The notes under the pieces: model-generated
What the model was told of the DNA's origin: nothing
Database searches by the model: none
The model's input: only the letters and a program-made list of their open reading frames with translations
Translations under genes and position numbers: made by a program
DNA from: Patescibacteria group bacterium
GTDB lineage: Bacteria; Patescibacteriota; Patescibacteriia; JAXHNJ01
Assembly (NCBI GenBank): GCA_034520665.1
Contig: JAXHNJ010000002.1
Span: 544,660-608,659 of the forward strand
Length of the DNA stretch: 64,000 nt
Direction of reading: 5' to 3'
In this document: positions 1 through 8,892 of the stretch, one piece after another
Layout of the letters: every line of letters begins with the position of its first letter
Position numbering within the stretch: position 1 is the stretch's first letter

Positions 1-549
1 GCCACATTAAGCTGATTTAGAGCGGCTAAAATAGCAAAAATTAAAATCGCCCATTTAGCTATTCGGCCTAAAAATTCAGAAGAAGCCACTTTTACGGCTC
101 GGGTAGTCTTTCGAATCAGATTTTCGACAAAGTTACTAATTAATATTCCGATGACTAAGATGGCAACAGCGACAATCACATTTGGCAAGTAGAAAACTAT
201 ATTTCTTAAAAAATCAGAAATTTGAGTTAAGCCAAGCATCTCCACAGAAACCGTAATAAAGACAATTATAATAACCCAGTAGATTACAGAGGCTAACAAA
301 GAAACAATACTAAAACTATGCCCCGCCTTTTCAAACATTGAAGTAATTCTAAATTTATCAAACAATTCCTTAAGTTTGAAAAACTTTAAAATCTTTTCGG
401 TAATTTTATGAAATAATGCGGCTACTAAAAAACCAAGAGCTAGAATAAGCAAAGCACCGATAAGATTTGGCAGAAAAGCAATTAACCCTTCCCACATTTC
501 GTTAAAAGTGTTGTTTAAAGCTTCCCCGGTTGTATTTATAAAATCCATT
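1..549 (-). CDS. Partial membrane protein with MscS-like conserved TM helices. The N-terminus is in the window and the C-terminus runs off the left edge.
   Basis: Manual reverse-strand translation from ATG at 547-549 reads MDFINTTGEALNNTFNEMWEGLIAFLPNLIGALLILALGFLVAALFHK... with no stop before position 1. It shows repeated hydrophobic helices. It is absent from the ORF track because it is partial. Confidence 0.5.
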
Positions 550-807
550 TATATCACCTCCTTTCTCTAATCTATTCTTATTATACAGTATTTTTTAATA
601 AATATCTAATTTATAATCAAAGAAAATGTGTGATGAAAAGTAAATACTATAATGGCTGTGTATTACTGAAGAGATTAGAACTTCTGGGCTGCATTTATCT
701 TTGGAAGATATCGGAGTTGTCATCCGATCACTCACTATGTGGCCCCTTTGGGCCGGTTGAATACCTAAAAGGTAAAACCTGAGAATTTATAAGAAAATAA
801 TAAGATA

Positions 808-881
808 TGGTGGAGATGCGGGGAATTGAACCCCGAACTGGTCAATGCGAATGACCTATTATACCGTTTAACTACATCCCC
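808..881 (-). tRNA. tRNA-Ala (anticodon CGC) with encoded CCA
   Basis: Reverse complement is GGGGATGTAGTTAAACGGTATAATAGGTCATTCGCATTGACCAGTTCGGGGTTCAATTCCCCGCATCTCCACCA. It has a G3:U70 Ala identity pair, a TTCGCAT anticodon loop and a GGTTCAATTCC T-arm. Confidence 0.75.
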
Positions 882-940
882 AACAAGCCGAGGCGGGCCG
901 GTCTACCAATTGAGTTAATGGGCCTACTCCGGCAGGCGGC

Positions 941-985
941 TGCGAATAACCTATTACACCGTTTAACTACATCTCCAGCAAGGTA
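941..985 (-). other. Extra copy of the tRNA-Ala 5' half (acceptor, D-arm and anticodon stem up to the anticodon loop) with no matching 3' half
   Basis: Reverse complement is GGAGATGTAGTTAAACGGTGTAATAGGTTATTCGCA. It is near-identical to the first 36 nt of the downstream tRNA-Ala and then diverges. Confidence 0.4.
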
Positions 986-1044
986 AGGCGATCAGTATTA
1001 CCTACCAGTCTGTTGTAGTTAGCTAAAGCAAAAAAATTCTGCTG

Positions 1045-1575
1045 CTATTTGTAAATATAGGTCCAACCAGGCTGCCATTGCCAAGGAGCAGTAATAGCTT
1101 TATTTAAGGGAATTTTATTGATTATATGCTCAAGAGCGTATTGCGTAGCCCGGTGTCCGATTATCATGATTGTTTGGTTATGATAATTCTTTTCAATTTC
1201 TGTTAAGAATTTTACCATATTTTTAGAAGTTTCTTGGTATGATTGTCCCTTAGGAAAAGGGTTATCAATGTATTTTGGCTTCTCTTTAATTATTTCAGAT
1301 GTCTGCCTATGAGTTAATTCTCCATAGTCTATTTCTCTTAATCTTTTATCTTTAATAATATCTATCTTATTCGCAAAGGCAATTTTAGCCGTATAATAAG
1401 CTCTTTTTAGATCAGAAGTAAAAACAGCCTTAGGGCAATTATTCTTATATCTTACTCCTAATTCCTTAGCTTGTTTTAGACCTAATTTAGATAATTCTAC
1501 ATCATTCCAGCCTGAAGCCAATTCTTTTTCATTATCCTTTGTTGTTGAATGGGCTTCAAAAATTATTTTCATCAT
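1045..1575 (-). CDS. Histidine phosphatase (PGAM-like) family protein with an atypical N-terminal motif
   Basis: RLREIDYGELT and IMIIGHRATQYAL blocks match the PGAM-fold motifs LREIDFGxWEG and VxxVSHGGxIRAL. The N-terminal RHG motif reads EAHS instead. Confidence 0.55.
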   Translation of the reverse strand: MMKIIFEAHSTTKDNEKELASGWNDVELSKLGLKQAKELGVRYKNNCPKAVFTSDLKRAYYTAKIAFANKIDIIKDKRLREIDYGELTHRQTSEIIKEKPKYIDNPFPKGQSYQETSKNMVKFLTEIEKNYHNQTIMIIGHRATQYALEHIINKIPLNKAITAPWQWQPGWTYIYK

Positions 1576-1758
1576 AATGCTTTATGTTCTTATTATTAAT
1601 ATTGGCCCTTGAGAGGAATCTCCGCCAGAGATTTAGGCGCCAGCCAGAGGCTGGTCTCCACCAGAGGACGGATGAGCCTCTGGCTCAAGCCTTTGGCTGA
1701 GATGCGCCTTAGGCGCAGAACCTACATCTAGGGCTTAGAAGTTTCCTGCCATCGCCTA

Positions 1759-1830
1759 TGCCCTCGAGAGGAATTGAACCTCTATCTAAGGCTTAGGAGT
1801 CCTTTGTTCTATCCGTTGAACTACGAGGGC
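1759..1830 (-). tRNA. tRNA-Arg (anticodon CCT), no encoded CCA
   Basis: Reverse complement is GCCCTCGTAGTTCAACGGATAGAACAAAGGACTCCTAAGCCTTAGATAGAGGTTCAATTCCTCTCGAGGGCA. Acceptor and T stems are perfect. Anticodon loop CTCCTAA has one A:G mismatch closing the anticodon stem. Confidence 0.6.
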
Positions 1831-2047
1831 TTGGGCGATGGCGGAATAATCTATTGCTTATTCACCGGAATTTTAAGAGAAGGCGTGTTGGAAAACTACT
1901 TTATTATTTGAATCCCGATTTTGCCAAGGGCAAACATCGGGACTACGAGGGCTTGGGCGATAGCAAGCCGGTATCAATTTTATAATTAGTAAAATTAGAG
2001 TTAATTTCTACTATTTTATTTCATATTTATAGCTAAAATTAGCCTTA

Positions 2048-2069
2048 AAATAGAGAAATGTTCCACGTG
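2048..2069. promoter_or_regulatory. Perfect 22-bp palindrome AAATGTTCCACGTGGAACATTT followed by a T-run. Candidate operator or bidirectional terminator.
   Basis: Exact inverted repeat with a CACGTG core, seen directly. It lies about 290 bp upstream of the large surface-protein gene. Confidence 0.35.
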
Positions 2070-2352
2070 GAACATTTTTTGTTCAAAATATATGATTTTT
2101 CTATATTTAAATAATTTTAGGCTAATTTTATTATAAAAATAGTGTCGTAAAATATTTTAAGTTAACTGGAAACAAATAAGTTATATATATTTGATGATAA
2201 TTCAGTAATATGATTTGTCTTCAAATTATAAAAGTACAAGCCAAGATAGATAGCAATAAATATTAAAGCTAAGATGATTACTTTGGTAATTTCTTTTTTG
2301 TTATTCATAATCTTAGATTACGCTATATTTAGATTTTTCGCAAATATAAAAC

Positions 2353-2381
2353 TTGACAAAAAGCCATTTTTAGTATATAAT
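2353..2381 (+). promoter_or_regulatory. Consensus sigma-70 promoter TTGACA-17-TATAAT
   Basis: TTGACA at 2353-2358, a 17-nt spacer and TATAAT at 2376-2381. It sits 25 nt upstream of the 2407 start codon. Confidence 0.5.
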
Positions 2382-2406
2382 TAGTATATAACTAAGATAT
2401 AAAGGG

Positions 2407-5400
2407 ATGGAAACTTTGTTTTTAAAAACGTCTAAAAGATCACAAAGAAAAAAAGAGGGCCTTAATAGTAAAGGTCTATTAAGGTTTTTAAATTGTATAC
2501 CAGTATATTTTATGGAATTTTTTTGTGGGTTAAGATATTTACCGCATTTTATAAAATCTAAACCCTATTCTGGTTATCAAAAATTAACCGAACAGGATGA
2601 AAATGGCACTTATAAAATTCCTTATACCACTTATTTAAAATACAAAAAATACTCTCTATTCACAACCACTGTATTATTGGTTTTACTGGGTTTATTTTCT
2701 GGTTTATTTATTTTTACGATTACGCCAAATAAAATAGAAGCTGCTGGTGGTGATCCTCTACCTGGAGAATGTGAAGCACCATATTCTACTCAGTTATCCG
2801 AACCTAGTTCAAATTTAAATATTTGTGTTGGTGATACTTTTTTTATGAATGGAAAATGGTATGATAGTGAACCCACAAATGATCCTTGCAGCGCTAAACA
2901 ATTTAGTGCTTATGTTGATAGTGATATAATTGATACAAACACTTCATTAAGCACTACCTCAACATTTAGTGAATTGGTAGAAGAAAATGATGCTTTTGGT
3001 AAAACTGTAACTGCTGAAACAAAAGGCTCATATTCCATTAAATTTGCCATGGCTGAAGATGATTCTCCTAGTAAAACAATTACTGTTAGCGACTCTCCCT
3101 CTTATTCCCAATCTCTCTCTCACTCGGACAATTCTACTTCTTCTATCACCTGGTCCTGGTCAGATGATGAAGATGAAGATAATTACCGCGTTATGGACAC
3201 TGGAGACGCTAACCAGTCCGGAGACCTGGCCGCCGATACTACCTCTTGGCAAGAAACCTCTTTGTCAGCCAACACTCAATACACCCGCTACCTGCAATTA
3301 GTTAATGGCTGTGGCACTACTAATACGGCCAATTTAAGTACCTACACTTCTATTGAATCACCATCCGGTATTTCTTTTGATACAGTAGAAAAAAACACCA
3401 TCACGGTTTCTGGTGCCGGTACGCTTTCAAATTTAGCTTCTGACTCTTCCGGCATAAAATTTTCTGAAATAGTAACCAGTAGTGATTCCGGTTGGAAGCA
3501 AACCAATTCCTGGGAAAAAACTGGTCTCAGTGCTAACACCGAATACACCTTTGAGGCCCAGACCAGAAATGGCGATGGTGATGAAAACTCAAGTATTGCC
3601 GGAGAAAGTAAATATACTTTAGCGGCCGAGGCTAATATCTCTAGTGATCTGACCGAAGAGGCCTGGACTAATTCAACTAGCTTTACTTTTACTAACGAGG
3701 CTGGCTTTGGCTCGGGTGGTTTAGAATACTACCGTTATGTTTTTGACCAAAACGATTCCCATTCTTTTAATGACACCGAAACCCAGTGGTCCTCTGGCAC
3801 CAAAGAAGAAACTGATCCTTCGGAAGGTAATTGGTACATGCATGTTAAAGCCTATAACGCTGAAGACACAGCGGCTGCTTCTGGAGCTACTCAAACTCTC
3901 GGTCCCTTTAAGGTAGATATTACTGACCCAGCCATTACTAATAATGTTACTGGCGACACAGCCTGGCTTAATGCAGCGGGCACGGCTTATGATGTGGACT
4001 TTATGTCTAATGGCGGCTCTAACTTAGATTATGCTCAATACGCTGTCGGTACTACTCAAGGCGGCAGTGATGTTTTAGGCTGGACTAATATTTTTACCGA
4101 AGACACGGCTTCTTACACCAACTCTTGGCCGGTGGACTTTGACAGTTTAGCTGAAGGCACTAATTACGTTTCTTTTAGGACCTATGATCAGGCGGGAAAT
4201 GTGAAAGAAGAACTATCAAATGGTTTTCAAGTCAGAAAAGACACTATTGTGCCAGTGCCTGATGTGGAGACACCAGTTACTACTTCATCAGCAGCCATTA
4301 TTAGCTGGACTACTTCCGAGCCGACCACTACTCAACTAAATTGGGGCGCGGATGAAAATACTACAAATTCTACCACTGAAAGTGAGGAAAAATCCACTGA
4401 ACACACTGTTACCTTAGATAGCTTAAGTGATAATACTGAATATTTCTTTAAAGTAGCCGGACAGGATAAGGCTTCTAACCAAACACTTCATACGGCTGAG
4501 AGTTTTACTACCGCTGAACTAGAAGCCACTGTCATCACCAATGTTCAAGTCTCTGAAATTTCTCAGACCTCAGTTAAAGTCACTTGGACTACCAATCATG
4601 AAGCTGACTCCAAAGTGCGTTATGGTACTACCACTGCTTATGGTGATGAGGTTTATGATTCTGAAGAAGTAACCAGCCATGAAATGATCGTCACTGGTTT
4701 AACCGCTGGCACCACTTATCATTATGAGGTTTTAAGTGTCGGCAATACTTCAACCAATGACGCTGACGCTACTTTTATGACTGAAGAAGCGGAAGAACCA
4801 GCCGAAGAAGATGAAACTGAACAAGAGGAAGTTACTGAAGAAGCGGAAGAACCAGCCGAAGAAGAAACTACTCAAACTTATGTGGCTTCTCCGACAGTAG
4901 TCAAAAACGAAACTAACCCCATAGAAGAAGGAGTCACCATTAACGAAGTCAAACCAACTATTACTGGCCTGGCTCGTTCTAACAACACTATTTTCATTTT
5001 TATTGACGGCGAACTGGAGAATACGGTTCTTTCGACGGACGATCTTTCAGGAACCGGATCCTTTGCTTATAAATTAAGAAGAGTTTTACCTGAAGGTGAA
5101 CACACTTTATATACTATTTCTCGCGATCAGAGTGGTAATTATTCTGATGCTTCACCAGTTATTACCTTTAATGTTGACCATCCCTTTGTGGCGCCCACTC
5201 TTTACACCCCAGTTTTTACAGATGGCTCTAACCCCACGGTTATTGTTAACGGCGTAGCCAGAAATGATTCCTTGATTAAACTCTACATAGACGATGAATA
5301 CCAGGATCAATTTAACGTGACCAATAATCCGGACCATGAAAATACTTATTTCAGCTACCAATATCCCATTAGTAGTTTAGCCAGTGGCTCTCATACCATT

Positions 5401-5682
5401 AAAGTCAAAGCCTTTAGTTCTTCTGGTGAAGCTTCTAAATATTCCAACGCCTACACTTTCCAAAAAAGCCAAGGCCAGGTAGTCAATGAAGACCAGTTTA
5501 TCTTTGACACCAGTCTTTCCTACAAAGTAATAGATGGTGATTCTTTATGGAAAATAGCCACAAGATTTTATGGGGACGGTTCCCAGTACTCAAAAATAGT
5601 AGAAGCTAACAAAGAAACTTATCCCAGCTTGATTAATAATCCTGGTGGTATTCAGCCGGGTTGGGTTTTGAGTATTCCTTAA
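2407..5682 (+). CDS. Large cell-surface protein with an N-terminal TM anchor, multiple fibronectin-III / Ig-like repeats, an acidic duplicated linker and a C-terminal LysM domain
   Basis: 1091-aa ORF. TM helix LFTTTVLLVLLGLFSGLFIF. Repeated FN3-type TxxS..W....EYxF.V..GxD segments. Duplicated TEEAEEPAEE linker. C-terminal YKVIDGDSLWKIATRFYGDGSQYSKIVEANK...GWVLSIP matches LysM. Confidence 0.85.
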   Translation: METLFLKTSKRSQRKKEGLNSKGLLRFLNCIPVYFMEFFCGLRYLPHFIKSKPYSGYQKLTEQDENGTYKIPYTTYLKYKKYSLFTTTVLLVLLGLFSGLFIFTITPNKIEAAGGDPLPGECEAPYSTQLSEPSSNLNICVGDTFFMNGKWYDSEPTNDPCSAKQFSAYVDSDIIDTNTSLSTTSTFSELVEENDAFGKTVTAETKGSYSIKFAMAEDDSPSKTITVSDSPSYSQSLSHSDNSTSSITWSWSDDEDEDNYRVMDTGDANQSGDLAADTTSWQETSLSANTQYTRYLQLVNGCGTTNTANLSTYTSIESPSGISFDTVEKNTITVSGAGTLSNLASDSSGIKFSEIVTSSDSGWKQTNSWEKTGLSANTEYTFEAQTRNGDGDENSSIAGESKYTLAAEANISSDLTEEAWTNSTSFTFTNEAGFGSGGLEYYRYVFDQNDSHSFNDTETQWSSGTKEETDPSEGNWYMHVKAYNAEDTAAASGATQTLGPFKVDITDPAITNNVTGDTAWLNAAGTAYDVDFMSNGGSNLDYAQYAVGTTQGGSDVLGWTNIFTEDTASYTNSWPVDFDSLAEGTNYVSFRTYDQAGNVKEELSNGFQVRKDTIVPVPDVETPVTTSSAAIISWTTSEPTTTQLNWGADENTTNSTTESEEKSTEHTVTLDSLSDNTEYFFKVAGQDKASNQTLHTAESFTTAELEATVITNVQVSEISQTSVKVTWTTNHEADSKVRYGTTTAYGDEVYDSEEVTSHEMIVTGLTAGTTYHYEVLSVGNTSTNDADATFMTEEAEEPAEEDETEQEEVTEEAEEPAEEETTQTYVASPTVVKNETNPIEEGVTINEVKPTITGLARSNNTIFIFIDGELENTVLSTDDLSGTGSFAYKLRRVLPEGEHTLYTISRDQSGNYSDASPVITFNVDHPFVAPTLYTPVFTDGSNPTVIVNGVARNDSLIKLYIDDEYQDQFNVTNNPDHENTYFSYQYPISSLASGSHTIKVKAFSSSGEASKYSNAYTFQKSQGQVVNEDQFIFDTSLSYKVIDGDSLWKIATRFYGDGSQYSKIVEANKETYPSLINNPGGIQPGWVLSIP

Positions 5683-5740
5683 TCATTTTTTTTATATCCA
5701 TCTCTTAGGATAGGGTTTGTCTACGTAAAAATAAAAAAAG

Positions 5741-5768
5741 ACCCAGCCCGTATAATAATGGGCTGGGT
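5741..5768. terminator. Bidirectional rho-independent terminator between convergent genes
   Basis: ACCCAGCCC-gtataataat-GGGCTGGGT hairpin with an A-run on one side and a T-run on the other. Confidence 0.6.
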
Positions 5769-5798
5769 TTGAATTTGAAAATAAATGTACTAAATGTA

Positions 5799-6458
5799 CT
5801 AGTGGTAAATGGACTTTACCGCTCCCCAGGAGGATTCTTGGACATTAATTTCTGCTTGAGCTGTTATCTCAAGCTTAAATATGTCTATGGAATCAGGTCC
5901 GCTGAGTACTCTTAGATAATACTCGGATTCCGGACTAAGCCCGGCAGCTGTAAGATCAATATAATAAGGCTGCTCTGAGTTCCAACTGTAAGAACAATAA
6001 GAACAAATTTCAATAGTGAAAATTTTTGTCCAAGGACCTGAAACACTGCTTGAAACAAAAATTTCTACGCTATCTCCGCCACAGCAGGCTTGAGCATATT
6101 GCAAAGAAATTTTACCGGATGAGGGAACTTTTAATTTCCAGGCATAGTCAAAATCTGAATATCCATTGCCGTTATCGTCGCCGTCATCACAACCACAACG
6201 AGAAATTCCATGTACCCAGTAAAATTCAGTCTCCTCACATTCGGGCTGTCTGATCCATTTTGGCTTTCCGGATTTTAAGAGATCTTTTTCAGAATCAAGG
6301 TGAATCTTTATATCTGAAAAATTTGAAGAAGGGGGGGCGGCGTCTTGAATATAGTGTTCAGTTCTTATAAGAACACTTTCCGGAGCTTGGGCTTTAACAG
6401 CTGAAAACCAGGAAAAACCAAGCAGCAAAATAACAAAAGCTAATAACAGCTTTCTCAT
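5799..6458 (-). CDS. Secreted Cys-rich hypothetical protein with a signal peptide
   Basis: N-terminal MRKLLLAFVILLLGFSWFSAVKAQA signal. Many Cys residues (CGCDDGDD, ACCGGDS, CSYCSYSW). Confidence 0.65.
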   Translation of the reverse strand: MRKLLLAFVILLLGFSWFSAVKAQAPESVLIRTEHYIQDAAPPSSNFSDIKIHLDSEKDLLKSGKPKWIRQPECEETEFYWVHGISRCGCDDGDDNGNGYSDFDYAWKLKVPSSGKISLQYAQACCGGDSVEIFVSSSVSGPWTKIFTIEICSYCSYSWNSEQPYYIDLTAAGLSPESEYYLRVLSGPDSIDIFKLEITAQAEINVQESSWGAVKSIYH

Positions 6459-6563
6459 GATTAAAACCTCCTTTTAGGTTTTTAAGGGTTTTTAATGAAC
6501 AAATAATTTATTCGGCGAGAGTCCTTTATTATTATATTTAATAATAAATTTGTCAAATAGACG

Positions 6564-6592
6564 TTGACAATTAAAGCTATTTTTTTTACAAT
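6564..6592 (+). promoter_or_regulatory. Sigma-70-like promoter TTGACA-17-TACAAT upstream of the bactofilin gene
   Basis: TTGACA at 6564-6569 and TACAAT at 6587-6592. Confidence 0.4.
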
Positions 6593-6623
6593 TAGTAGAG
6601 CCTAATAATTATTATAAAAAAAT

Positions 6624-7049
6624 ATGAGTATGTTTAATAAAGAAGAACAAGAGTTTTCACCTAAGGGTGAAGAAACAGTTATCGGACCTTCGGTTAAAGT
6701 AGAGGGTAATTTTGACAGTCAGGGTGATATTATTGTAGAAGGCCATGTCTCCGGCACTATTAAAACAGCCGGTAATTTGAGAGTCGGTCAAAATGCCAAG
6801 ATCAAGGCTGATGTAGAAGCTTCTAATGTTAATAACGCCGGCGAGATTAGAGGTAATGTTAAATCTAGTGAAAAATTAAGTTTGTCCTCAAGCGCTAGAG
6901 TTATTGGTAATGTGGAAACAGGAGTTTTGTCAGTAGAAGAAGGAGCGGTTTTAAACGGTAAATGCAAAATGATTAAAAAGGAGGAAAGAGAAACTTTAAA
7001 AGAAGATGATGAAAACAAGAAAGAAGAGAAAAAGAGAAGTAAAAAATAA
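6624..7049 (+). CDS. Bactofilin (CcmA/DUF583) cytoskeletal protein with a Lys/Glu-rich tail
   Basis: Beta-helical repeat pattern VIGPSVKVEGNFDSQGDIIVEGHVSGTIKTAGNLRVGQNAKIKADVEA... typical of bactofilin. Confidence 0.8.
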   Translation: MSMFNKEEQEFSPKGEETVIGPSVKVEGNFDSQGDIIVEGHVSGTIKTAGNLRVGQNAKIKADVEASNVNNAGEIRGNVKSSEKLSLSSSARVIGNVETGVLSVEEGAVLNGKCKMIKKEERETLKEDDENKKEEKKRSKK

Positions 7050-7069
7050 GCTTTAATTTGAACTGACAG

Positions 7070-7825
7070 ATGTATTTTTATATATACGATTCTTTTTTGT
7101 CTGATAAAAAATATGAAAGCACACTAGCCAAAGTGGAAGCTCGTCTTTTAGAGTTAGATATAAATGGCAAAATTGAAAAATTGACTATTTTAAAGAATTT
7201 AAAAGAAATGGTAGAAGAGGCCCTGAAAAAAGGTGCTAAGACTTTGGTGGTAGTTGGCGATGACACAACCTTAAGCAAAGTTATTAGCTATGTAGCTCCT
7301 TATAAAAAGGCCACTTTAGGCTATATTCCCATTGGCCCGGAAAAAAAGATAGCTGATCTTTTAGGTATTCCTTCAGGTATAGAAGCTTGTGACATTCTTT
7401 CTAAAAGAATTATGCATCGCTTTGATTTAGGTAAAGTCAATAAAAAGTATTTTCTTTTTAATTTAGATATTGCTAAAAAGAAAAATGTTAAAATAGAATG
7501 CGATGGAGATTATACCATAGAAGCGATTGCTCCAGATTCTAGTTTAAAAATATGTAATCTTGGTTTACTGGATGAAGAAACCTATTTTAATCCCGGGGAT
7601 GGCCTTTTGGAAGCAGTGGTTTTAAATAAAAAATCCGGCTGGAATATTTTTAAAAGTGGTTTTGAGCAAGACAGTGTTTTTCCCATTAAAAAGGCAAAGA
7701 TAAAGTGTAATACGGAATGTGTTTCTTTAGTAGCTGACGGCGAAACTATTATTAAAACTCCGGCCACAGTCAGCGTAGTCCCTAAAAGATTGAGTATTAT
7801 TGTCGGCCGCGAGAGAAAATTTTAA
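7070..7825 (+). CDS. Diacylglycerol-kinase catalytic domain family lipid kinase (YegS/BmrU-like)
   Basis: VVVGDDTTL (a GGDGT-like variant) and YIPIGPEKKIADLLGIP (matching PLGxxPxGTxNDFARxLGIP) motifs. Confidence 0.6.
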   Translation: MYFYIYDSFLSDKKYESTLAKVEARLLELDINGKIEKLTILKNLKEMVEEALKKGAKTLVVVGDDTTLSKVISYVAPYKKATLGYIPIGPEKKIADLLGIPSGIEACDILSKRIMHRFDLGKVNKKYFLFNLDIAKKKNVKIECDGDYTIEAIAPDSSLKICNLGLLDEETYFNPGDGLLEAVVLNKKSGWNIFKSGFEQDSVFPIKKAKIKCNTECVSLVADGETIIKTPATVSVVPKRLSIIVGRERKF

Positions 7826-7849
7826 ATATATTAAATTATAAAAAATATT

Positions 7850-8470
7850 ATGTTGGAAAATATCACCTGGCTGGGTCAGTCAGGCTTTAAAATAATTACC
7901 AAGTCTGGCAAAACAATTTATATAGATCCCTGGAAGATTTCCGGTGACAGTTCTGAAGCTGACTATATTTTAATTACTCATGAACATTTTGATCATTGTT
8001 CTCCAGAAGATATTGCTAAAATTCGAAAAGAAAAAACAAAAATATTTTGTCCTCATGAATGTATTCAAAAAATAGGCGGACAGGCCAAAAGTGTTAAACC
8101 AGGAAAAGAAATTAAAGAAGAAGAAATTACTATTAAAACTGTGCCGGCTTATAATATTGATAAAGAATACCACCCCAAAGAAAATAATTGGGTCGGTTAT
8201 GTAATTGAAGCTGACGGTCAGAAAATGTATCATGCCGGAGACACTGATTTAATTCCGGAAATGGATGAATTAGAAAATATTGATATAGCTATGCTGCCAG
8301 TTTCCGGCACTTATGTGATGGATAGTCAAGAAGCAGCTCAGGCTATTGCAAGAATAAAGCCCAAAAAAATAATTCCCATGCATTACGGAGAGGTAGTGGG
8401 CAGTTCTGAAGACGCCAGAAAATTAAAAGAAAAATATCCCAAGCGGGTAGAGATTATGGAGAAGGAGTAA
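7850..8470 (+). CDS. MBL-fold metal-dependent hydrolase
   Basis: HEHFDH (HxHxDH) motif and the downstream His/Asp ligands of the metallo-beta-lactamase fold. Confidence 0.75.
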   Translation: MLENITWLGQSGFKIITKSGKTIYIDPWKISGDSSEADYILITHEHFDHCSPEDIAKIRKEKTKIFCPHECIQKIGGQAKSVKPGKEIKEEEITIKTVPAYNIDKEYHPKENNWVGYVIEADGQKMYHAGDTDLIPEMDELENIDIAMLPVSGTYVMDSQEAAQAIARIKPKKIIPMHYGEVVGSSEDARKLKEKYPKRVEIMEKE

Positions 8471-8520
8471 GAAGGGCTTTAAGGGTAACAAAGGTAAAAA
8501 GGATTTCAGGAATAATAAAA

Positions 8521-8579
8521 GCGCAGACTTTCCGCCTGCTTTACTTTGCACAAAGCAAGGCGGGGGGGCTAGTCTGCGC
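8521..8579 (+). terminator. GC-rich long imperfect hairpin after the MBL gene, read as a terminator or structured element
   Basis: GCGCAGACT...ccgcctgctttactttgcacaaagcaaggcggg...AGTCTGCGC. It stands out in AT-rich flanks. Confidence 0.45.
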
Positions 8580-8892
8580 TAGCTTGACATTTTTGAGTAT
8601 AGATTATATATTAAGATGAAGTTATTTTAAAAATTAAGTAGTTTGTAAACTTTTGTGAGGCGTAAAAATATTGTTTAATCTTTTGGTCGCTATGTGGATT
8701 AAACAAGAAGAGCTTTATATTTTTGAAGCCACGCCAGAGAGCGAAACCGGCACAAAGAGAGGTGATTATAGATGAAAATTCCTTTTTTATGAGTCTCACA
8801 AATGAGGCTTTTTTTATCCGCCATAATTTATAAGTTAAGGTGGGTTTAGTTCTTTTCAAATAAATTAAGAGATCAAAAAAAGGAAGTATCCA

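Noticed and set aside
3044-3548. Short ORFs on both strands inside the 2407-5682 gene (3044-3301 +, 3342-3548 -, and 5152-5361 -)
   Set aside because: They are fully embedded in a long, domain-rich ORF and show no independent signals. They are alternate-frame artefacts.
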